Part shown: piece by piece, positions 47,519 to 53,433 of the stretch
Position numbering within the stretch: position 1 is the stretch's first letter
Layout of the letters: each line of letters opens with the position of its first letter
Assembly (NCBI GenBank): GCA_045646465.1
Contig: JAZRKT010000032.1
Coordinates: 1 to 53,433, forward strand
Reading direction: 5' to 3'
Source of the DNA: Eubacteriales bacterium
GTDB taxonomy: Bacteria; Bacillota; Clostridia; Oscillospirales; CAG-382
DNA length: 53,433 nt
The notes under the pieces: model-generated
Databases searched by the model: none
What the model saw: the letters and a program-made list of their open reading frames with translations, nothing else
What the model was told of the DNA's origin: nothing
Made by a program: the position numbers and the translations under genes

Positions 47519-49636
47519 ATGCCGAGAAGTTGTTCACTTGAGCGTACCAGAAATATTGGTATCATGGCTCATATAGACGCCGGTAAGACTACAACCACGG
47601 AACGTATTTTGTACTACACCGGTAAAACTCATAAGATGGGTGAAACCCACGACGGCGGCGCTACCATGGACTGGATGGAACAGGAGCAGGAAAGAGGTAT
47701 CACAATTACCTCCGCTGCTACAACTTGTTTCTGGGAAGGCGAACAGAAACAGTACGCCCCCCACAGAATCAACATCATTGATACCCCCGGTCACGTTGAC
47801 TTTACAGTAGAAGTTCAGCGTTCACTTAAGGTACTTGACGGTTCTGTAACAGTACTCTGCGCTAAGGGTGGTGTTGAACCTCAGTCTGAAACAGTTTGGC
47901 GTCAGGCTGACGAATACAAGGTTCCCCGTATGGCATACGTTAACAAGATGGATATTATGGGCGCAAACTTCTACAGAGTTGTAGATATGATGCGCGAAAG
48001 ACTCCGTGCTAACGCTGTGCCGATTCAGCTTCCTATCGGTGCTGAAGATTCCTTTAAGGGTATTATCGACCTTGTAAAGATGAAAGCTTATATCTTTACA
48101 AACGACCTTGGAACAGATATCCAGGAAACAGAAATCCCCGACGATATGAAGGATAAGGCAGAAGAATTCAGATCCGCACTTATTGAGCACGTTGCTGAAA
48201 CAGACGAAGAACTGCTTGATAAGTATATGGAAGGCGAAGAATTTACTGTTGAAGAAATCAAGACAGCAATCAGAAAGTCTACCATCGCTAATACAATGGT
48301 TCCCGTTGTTTGCGGTACTTCCTACAGAAACAAGGGCGTTCAGATGCTCCTTGATGCTATCGTTGATTTTATGCCTTCACCTCTCGACGTTCCCGCTGCA
48401 GAAGGTATTGATCCTACTCTGCCCGAGGACGACGAAAACAACAAGACTGTAAGACCGTCATCTGATGACGAGCCCTTCGCAGCTCTTGCATTTAAGATTG
48501 CAACAGACCCCTTCATCGGCCGTCTGTGCTTCATCAGAGTTTACTCAGGTTCTATCACAGCAGGCTCTACTGTTTATAACACAAACAAGAGGGGCCGTGA
48601 AAGACTTGGACGTATCGTGCTTATGCACGCTAACCACCGCGAAGACGTTGACCAGATTTACGCAGGTGATATCGCAGCAGTTATCGGTATTAAGAACACT
48701 ACTACCGGTGATACTCTCTGTGACGAAAACCATCCCGTAGTTCTTGAATCAATGACATTCCCTGAACCCGTTATCAGAGTTGCTATAGAGCCTAAGACCA
48801 AAGCAGGTCAGGAAAAGATGGGTATCTCTCTTGCAAAGCTTGCAGAAGAAGACCCTACCTTCAAGGCTTATACAGACGAAGAAACAGGTCAGACTATCAT
48901 CGCAGGTATGGGTGAGCTTCACCTTGAAATTATCGTTGACAGACTTCTCCGTGAATTTAAGGTAGAAGCAAATGTAGGTAAACCTCAGCTTTCCTACAAG
49001 GGAGCAAATACAAAGAGTGCAGACGTTGATATGAAGTATGCACGTCAGTCAGGTGGTAAGGGTCAGTACGGTCACGTTAAAATTACCGTTGAACCTAACG
49101 AACCCGGCGCAGGCTACACCTTTGAAAACAAGGTTGTCGGCGGTGCTATTCCCAAGGAATACATTCCCGCAGTTGATGCAGGTATCCAGGGCGCTATGAC
49201 AAACGGTGTACTTGCAGGCTACAACGTAGTTGACCTTAAGGTTACTCTTTACGACGGTTCTTACCATGAAGTCGACTCTTCTGAAATGGCATTTAAGATT
49301 GCCGGTTCTATGGCTCTTAAGGAAGCACTCAGAAAAGCAGGCTCCGTTCTTACAGAACCTATTATGAAGGTTGTTGTTGTCGTTCCTGATGATTACATGG
49401 GCGACGTTATCGGTGACCTTAACTCTCGCCGCGGTCAGATCCAGGGTATGGATCCTATCTCTGGCGGTCAGCAGATTCGTGCTTTCGTTCCCCTTGCAAA
49501 TATGTTCGGTTATGCTACAGACCTTCGTTCAAAGACACAGGGCCGCGGTACCTATGTAATGGAACCCAGCCACTACGAACAGGTGCCTAAGAACGTAGCA
49601 GATGAAATCATCGCAGCAAGAGGCAAGCAGCAGTAA
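47519..49636 (+). CDS. fusA: Elongation factor G
   Basis: [29 protein letters not shown], 705 aa. Confidence 0.97.
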   Translation: MPRSCSLERTRNIGIMAHIDAGKTTTTERILYYTGKTHKMGETHDGGATMDWMEQEQERGITITSAATTCFWEGEQKQYAPHRINIIDTPGHVDFTVEVQRSLKVLDGSVTVLCAKGGVEPQSETVWRQADEYKVPRMAYVNKMDIMGANFYRVVDMMRERLRANAVPIQLPIGAEDSFKGIIDLVKMKAYIFTNDLGTDIQETEIPDDMKDKAEEFRSALIEHVAETDEELLDKYMEGEEFTVEEIKTAIRKSTIANTMVPVVCGTSYRNKGVQMLLDAIVDFMPSPLDVPAAEGIDPTLPEDDENNKTVRPSSDDEPFAALAFKIATDPFIGRLCFIRVYSGSITAGSTVYNTNKRGRERLGRIVLMHANHREDVDQIYAGDIAAVIGIKNTTTGDTLCDENHPVVLESMTFPEPVIRVAIEPKTKAGQEKMGISLAKLAEEDPTFKAYTDEETGQTIIAGMGELHLEIIVDRLLREFKVEANVGKPQLSYKGANTKSADVDMKYARQSGGKGQYGHVKITVEPNEPGAGYTFENKVVGGAIPKEYIPAVDAGIQGAMTNGVLAGYNVVDLKVTLYDGSYHEVDSSEMAFKIAGSMALKEALRKAGSVLTEPIMKVVVVVPDDYMGDVIGDLNSRRGQIQGMDPISGGQQIRAFVPLANMFGYATDLRSKTQGRGTYVMEPSHYEQVPKNVADEIIAARGKQQ

Positions 49637-49699
49637 TCATTTTTCGGGTGAAAAACGGGTGTCAATATGAATAATGTGTAAATTTATTACCTTTCGGTA

Positions 49700-49727
49700 T
49701 TGACACTTTCGCCCGATTTGGTATAAT
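49700..49727 (+). promoter_or_regulatory. Internal SigA-type promoter upstream of tuf (extended -10)
   Basis: TTGACA (49700-49705), a 16-nt spacer, then TGgTATAAT (49719-49727). Confidence 0.6.
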
Positions 49728-49776
49728 CTTATTTGTAACTAAAAAAATATTTTCTTATTTAAAGGAGGAAATTCAA

Positions 49777-50973
49777 ATGGCAAAGGCTAAATTTGAAAGA
49801 ACCAAGCCCCACGTTAACATTGGTACAATCGGTCACGTTGACCACGGTAAGACAACTCTTACAGCAGCTATCACAAAGACACTTTCTCTCTACAATGGTA
49901 GTGAAAAGCTCGCTTACGACCAGATCGACAACGCTCCCGAAGAAAGAGCAAGAGGTATCACAATCAACACAAGACACGTTGAGTACGAAACTGACGCACG
50001 TCACTACGCTCACGTTGACTGCCCTGGCCACGCCGACTACGTTAAGAACATGATCACAGGTGCTGCTCAGATGGACGGCGCTATCCTCGTTGTTGCTGGT
50101 ACAGACGGTCCTATGCAGCAGACAAGAGAACACATCCTTCTCGCTAGACAGGTTGGTGTTCCTGCACTCGTAGTATTCCTCAACAAGTGCGACCTCGTTG
50201 ATGACGAAGAACTCCTCGACCTCGTTGAAATGGAAACAAGAGATCTTCTCTCCTCCTACGAATTCCCCGGCGATGATCTTCCTATCGTTAGAGGTTCTGC
50301 TAGAGCAGTTCTCGATGCAGCTGATGATCTTTCTGATCCCGCATACGCTCCTGTTCTCGAACTCATGAAGCAGGTTGACGATTACATTCCTACTCCCGAC
50401 AGAGCTTCTGACCTTGACTTTATCATGCCTGTAGAAGACGTGTTCTCTATCTCCGGCCGTGGTACAGTTGCTACTGGTAGAGTAGAAAGAGGTACAGTTA
50501 AGATGGCTGATGAAGTTGAAATCGTTGGTCTTAAGGAAACAAAGAAGACAACTATCACAGGTATCGAAATGTTCCACAAGATGATGGATTCTGCTGAAGC
50601 AGGTGACAACATCGGTGCGCTTCTCAGAGGTATCGCTAAGAACGAGGTTGAAAAGGGTCAGGTTCTTGCAAAGCCCGGTTCCATCACACCTCAGACAAAG
50701 TTCGAAGGTCACGTTTACGTTCTTACTGAAAAGGAAGGCGGACGTCATAAGCCTTTCTTCTCCAACTACAGACCTCAGTTCTTCTTCAGAACAACTGACG
50801 TTACAGGTATCATCACTCTTCCCGACGGTACAGAAATGTGCAACCCCGGTGACAACGTTGATATGTCTGTAGAACTCATCGTTCCCGTAGCTATGGAAGA
50901 AGGTCTCCGTTTCGCTATTCGTGAAGGCGGTAGAACCGTAGGTTCCGGTGTCGTTTCCAAGATCCTTGGCTAA
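49777..50973 (+). CDS. tuf: Elongation factor Tu
   Basis: [36 protein letters not shown], 398 aa. Confidence 0.98.
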   Translation: MAKAKFERTKPHVNIGTIGHVDHGKTTLTAAITKTLSLYNGSEKLAYDQIDNAPEERARGITINTRHVEYETDARHYAHVDCPGHADYVKNMITGAAQMDGAILVVAGTDGPMQQTREHILLARQVGVPALVVFLNKCDLVDDEELLDLVEMETRDLLSSYEFPGDDLPIVRGSARAVLDAADDLSDPAYAPVLELMKQVDDYIPTPDRASDLDFIMPVEDVFSISGRGTVATGRVERGTVKMADEVEIVGLKETKKTTITGIEMFHKMMDSAEAGDNIGALLRGIAKNEVEKGQVLAKPGSITPQTKFEGHVYVLTEKEGGRHKPFFSNYRPQFFFRTTDVTGIITLPDGTEMCNPGDNVDMSVELIVPVAMEEGLRFAIREGGRTVGSGVVSKILG

Positions 50974-51013
50974 TTGACATTTTAGAACGATAATATCCGC
51001 TTTAAGCGGTTTT

Positions 51014-51035
51014 CAGGGAGCCGCAAGGCTCCCTG
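51014..51035 (+). terminator. Stem-loop after tuf (probable terminator, weak U-tract)
   Basis: 9-bp GC-rich stem CAGGGAGCC-GCAA-GGCTCCCTG, 40 nt after the tuf stop. A weaker CCGC-TTTAA-GCGG hairpin followed by TTTT precedes it. Confidence 0.6.
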
Positions 51036-51048
51036 ATTCATATAAACA

Positions 51049-51244
51049 ATTTATTTAGGGCAGGGAGAATTTCCCTACCGGCGGTAAAGTCCGAGAACAT
51101 TGACACTGAGTCAATGCCGAACCGTGTGAAATTCCGGTACCGACAGTATAGTCTGGATGAAGTAAATAGAATTGTATTTAAATGTATATTTATTTATGAT
51201 TTTGCCCGAGGAAAAGCTGTTTTTTCTTTGGGATTTTTTATTTT
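51049..51244 (+). promoter_or_regulatory. FMN riboswitch (RFN element) with intrinsic terminator
   Basis: AGGGCAGGGAGAATTTCCCTACCGGCGGTAAAGTCCG ... CCGAACCGTGTGAAATTCCGGTACCGACAGTATAGTCTGGATGAAG matches the RFN consensus. The terminator is CCCGAGGAAAAG/TTTTTTCTTTGGG followed by ATTTTTTATTTT (51205-51244). Confidence 0.92.
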
Positions 51245-51258
51245 ATCCTCTTAAATAA

Positions 51259-51429
51259 AGTGGAAAACAAAGAAAATTAGTCCACAATTTCCACAATCAC
51301 ATTAAAGATAATGTTGATAATCAATCAAAACAAAGTCATAAATCACGTATTTACGCATAATTTTATGTTGAAAAGTGTGTGGATAAGTGTGGAAAATGAT
51401 TTTAAGCAGGTGGAAAACTCTGTGGATAA
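51259..51429. promoter_or_regulatory. DnaA-box cluster (7 boxes, 2 perfect) flanking an AT-rich 80-bp spacer
   Basis: Perfect TGTGGATAA at 51378-51386 and 51421-51429. TGTGGAAAA at 51388-51396 has 1 mismatch. AGTGGAAAA at 51259-51267, GGTGGAAAA at 51409-51417 and the opposite-orientation TAGTCCACA at 51278-51286 and ATTTCCACA at 51287-51295 each have 2 mismatches. Confidence 0.75.
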
Positions 51430-51470
51430 TGTGCAAAACCATAACTAACTAAAGCGAAAAGAGGATTATT

Positions 51471-52022
51471 ATGAATAAAGAAGCAAAAAGAACCTCCCTT
51501 GCAGGAGTACTTGCAGCAATGTCTGCAATTTTATATATATTCCCTACATTTCCCGTTTTTCCAGCATTTCCATGGCTTGAAATTGATTTTGCCGACGTTC
51601 CGGCACTCTTCGCCGCAGTATCCCTTAACCCCATCTTAGGCGGCGTAATCGTGCTTATACGCAACACCATTCACCTTCTTGTTTCTTCAACGGGTATGGT
51701 GGGTGAACTGTCTAATTTTATTATTAGCTCAATTTTTGTAATGTGCCTCGGTTTTACTGCAATGGGATTAAAAAAAGCAAGTTCTCCATTGAGCTTTAAA
51801 AGGCTTGTCGTATCATCGGTTTTTGGTGTGATAATTCAGAATATTACTGCTGTTTTATGCAATAGATTTATTATGATACCTATGTACGGTATTCAGGGCG
51901 ACCCTAAGACATACATTCTTGCAGGAGTTGTGCCATTTAATGCAGTAAAAACCGTTGTCAGCTGCTTTATGTTTATTCTTCTTTATAAGGCACTGACGCC
52001 AAAAATTAAAAAATTACTGTAA
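51471..52022 (+). CDS. ribU: ECF transporter S component for riboflavin (RibU)
   Basis: 183-aa protein of about 6 TM with the RibU-like pattern (LAGVLAAMSAILYIF...IDFADVPALFAAV...). It lies downstream of an FMN riboswitch, with RBS AAAAGAGGA. Confidence 0.85.
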   Translation: MNKEAKRTSLAGVLAAMSAILYIFPTFPVFPAFPWLEIDFADVPALFAAVSLNPILGGVIVLIRNTIHLLVSSTGMVGELSNFIISSIFVMCLGFTAMGLKKASSPLSFKRLVVSSVFGVIIQNITAVLCNRFIMIPMYGIQGDPKTYILAGVVPFNAVKTVVSCFMFILLYKALTPKIKKLL

Positions 52023-52071
52023 TGCTTTAATTTGTTAGTTACAAAAAATTTATAATATGTTTAACTTTATG

Positions 52072-52101
52072 TTGTGAATTTTCCGCTATATATGTTATAA
52101 T
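52072..52101 (+). promoter_or_regulatory. SigA-type promoter of the ferredoxin gene (extended -10)
   Basis: TTGTGA (52072-52077), an 18-nt spacer, then TGtTATAAT (52093-52101). Confidence 0.55.
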
Positions 52102-52192
52102 ATCATCGAGAATTCCTTTGGAATTTCGGCATTGTCGACGAAGCAAGGTCTTCGCTCACTTGATAAGATTATTTATATGGAGGTGTATTTAA

Positions 52193-52363
52193 ATGGCATA
52201 CGTAATTACAGACGAATGCATCGGTTGCGGTGCATGTGCTGCTGAATGTCCTGTTGACGCTATCGTTGAAAAAGACGGCAAGTACGAAATCAAGAAGGAC
52301 GACTGCATCGACTGCGGATCTTGCGCAGCTACTTGTCCCGTAGAAGCTCCCGTCGCTGAATAA
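52193..52363 (+). CDS. fdx: Clostridial-type 2x[4Fe-4S] ferredoxin (56 aa; absent from the ORF track)
   Basis: Manual translation gives MAYVITDECIGCGACAAECPVDAIVEKDGKYEIKKDDCIDCGSCAATCPVEAPVAE, with two CxxCxxCxxxCP motifs. GGAGGTG lies 8 nt upstream of the ATG. The listed 76-aa minus-strand ORF (52169-52399) is its antisense shadow. Confidence 0.93.
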   Translation: MAYVITDECIGCGACAAECPVDAIVEKDGKYEIKKDDCIDCGSCAATCPVEAPVAE

Positions 52364-52469
52364 GTTTCGTTTTCTTTGATAAAAAGAAAAACCAGCCAAA
52401 AAGAAAATAATCTGTCACCTACATAGGTTTTTGATATTATTATTTTCTCAGGTTACTCAATTAGCCAAA

Positions 52470-52497
52470 AAGACAGCCAAACAACGGCTGTCTTTTC
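52470..52497 (+). terminator. Rho-independent terminator after the ferredoxin gene
   Basis: AAGACAGCC-AAACAAC-GGCTGTCTT followed by TTCAC (short U-tract). Confidence 0.65.
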
Positions 52498-52667
52498 ACT
52501 TTGTGCGAATTTATTTTATTTCTTGGTTTTGAATTATCTTAAAACATTGTATCAATACGAATATAATGAACTTTTGTGCAATAAACATAAAACACAGATG
52601 TAATTTATATATGTTTTGACCATTTCCGAAAAAACACAAAAAAAATCAAAAAAATTTCCAAAAACTA

Positions 52668-52696
52668 TTGACAAATAACGCAATTGCTGATAAAAT
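52668..52696 (+). promoter_or_regulatory. SigA-type promoter of feoA
   Basis: TTGACA (52668-52673), a 17-nt spacer, then TAAAAT (52691-52696). Confidence 0.65.
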
Positions 52697-52704
52697 ACAT
52701 CTTG

Positions 52705-52720
52705 GTTAGGGAAGGCTAAC
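52705..52720. repeat. Inverted repeat GTTAG-N6-CTAAC immediately downstream of the feoA -10 element
   Basis: GGTTAGGGAAGGCTAAC read directly. A second copy of the same half-sites and spacing sits before feoB. Confidence 0.6.
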
Positions 52721-52740
52721 TGCAAAGCGAGGTAATAACT

Positions 52741-52953
52741 ATGAACTTGACACAGGCAGAAGTTGAAAAGGAATATATTATCAAATCAATAGAAACTAAC
52801 GACGAGGATATGGATGCCTTTCTGTTTTCACTTGGTTGCTATGCAGGCCAGCCCATTACCGTTATCTCCTTTAACAAAGGCGGATGTGTCGTTTCCATTA
52901 AAGACGGCAGATACAGAATTGACGACCAGCTTGCCAAGGCTATTTTAATTTGA
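52741..52953 (+). CDS. feoA: FeoA family ferrous iron transport protein
   Basis: 70-aa SH3-like FeoA pattern (YIIKSIETND...LGCYAGQPITVIS...IDDQLAKAILI), directly upstream of feoB. Confidence 0.85.
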   Translation: MNLTQAEVEKEYIIKSIETNDEDMDAFLFSLGCYAGQPITVISFNKGGCVVSIKDGRYRIDDQLAKAILI

Positions 52954-52997
52954 CTAAAAACAGACAGCCAAAAGGGCTGTCAAAAAAATTTCATTTA

Positions 52998-53013
52998 GTT
53001 AGTGAGCACTAAC
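52998..53013. repeat. Inverted repeat GTTAG-N6-CTAAC upstream of feoB
   Basis: AGTTAGTGAGCACTAACC read directly, 52 nt upstream of the feoB ATG and about 14 nt upstream of a TATAAT at 53027-53032. Confidence 0.6.
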
Positions 53014-53064
53014 CAGATGTTGTGTTTATAATTTATATCAGGCACCATATAGGGAGGAAAAACA

Positions 53065-53433
53065 ATGAGAATTGCTTTTGCAGGAAATCCAAACAGCGGA
53101 AAAACAACAATGTATAATGCCCTTACTGGACGAAATGAAAAGGTAGGAAATTGGGCAGGCGTTACAGTGGAAATGAATGAAGCAACTATAAAAAAAGTTT
53201 ATGCGAAGGACAAGGAGCTTCTTGCAGTTGACCTTCCAGGTGCATATTCTATGTCGCCCTTTACAAGTGAGGAAAGTATTACAAGCTCATATGTAAAGAA
53301 AGAGAATCCAGATGTAATCATTAACATTGTTGATGCCACAAACCTTAGCAGAAGCTTGTTTTTCACAACCCAGCTTCTCGAACTGGGGGTTCCCGTGGTT
53401 GTGGCTCTAAATAAGAGCGATGTTAACCGTAAG
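53065..53433 (+). CDS. feoB: Ferrous iron transporter FeoB, N-terminal GTPase domain (partial, runs off the window)
   Basis: Manual translation gives MRIAFAGNPNSGKTTMYNALTGRNEKVGNWAGVTVE...DLPGAYS...VALNKSD, containing the G1/G3/G4 motifs. AGGGAGGAAA lies upstream. The frame is open to the window end. Confidence 0.92.
   Translation, partial: MRIAFAGNPNSGKTTMYNALTGRNEKVGNWAGVTVEMNEATIKKVYAKDKELLAVDLPGAYSMSPFTSEESITSSYVKKENPDVIINIVDATNLSRSLFFTTQLLELGVPVVVALNKSDVNRK

Noticed and set aside
49759-50748. 329-aa minus-strand ORF covering most of tuf. Similar long shadow ORFs occur at 5571-6296, 6589-7437, 8914-9873, 21004-21912 and 38281-38865.
   Set aside because: They lie antisense to very well supported conserved genes. 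Their composition is Cys/Ser/Val/Phe-rich and low-complexity, they lack an RBS, and no family motifs are recognisable. These are typical shadow ORFs.
52169-52399. The 76-aa minus-strand ORF listed in the track.
   Set aside because: It is the antisense shadow of the 56-aa ferredoxin gene on the plus strand, which has an RBS, a promoter, a terminator and canonical Cys motifs.

Overview
This 53.4-kb window looks like core chromosome from a spore-forming Clostridia-type Firmicute: it carries spo0A, a SpoVD-like PBP, clostridial ferredoxin and the gdpP/yybS pair. I saw no mobile elements, CRISPR arrays, rRNA/tRNA genes or an obvious defence island. Gene polarity is striking. There are 25 consecutive minus-strand genes at 129-28635: MATE, ecfA2/A1, mtaB, PRTase, HIT, yebC, argS, DUF3048, soj, gdpP, yybS, three tandem M42 peptidase paralogues, recD2, thrC, M19 dipeptidase, yraN, rnhB, rbgA, ruvB, ruvA, a DUF3298 lipoprotein and an M23 peptidase. 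A 3.8-kb mixed zone follows (SDR, WYL regulator, M23 peptidase, MnmM-like methyltransferase). Then come 18 consecutive plus-strand genes at 32479-53433: PBP, spo0A, thrS, guaB, a secreted protein, WalRK-like TCS, ECF sigma/anti-sigma/acyl-CoA ligase, rpsL-rpsG-fusA-tuf, ribU, ferredoxin and feoAB. Two riboswitch-class leaders are clear: a Thr T-box before thrS and an FMN element before ribU. The most interesting non-genic signals are listed here. (1) Two perfect parS palindromes are written into coding sequence. (2) A dense DnaA-box cluster sits between the FMN riboswitch terminator and ribU. (3) A repeated GTTAG-N6-CTAAC inverted repeat precedes both feoA and feoB. (4) Two long intergenic regions share a 15-mer. 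(5) One of the three M42 paralogues is catalytically degenerate. I did not find a convincing new multi-gene system. All functional calls rest on family motifs read by eye from the supplied translations, with no database search.
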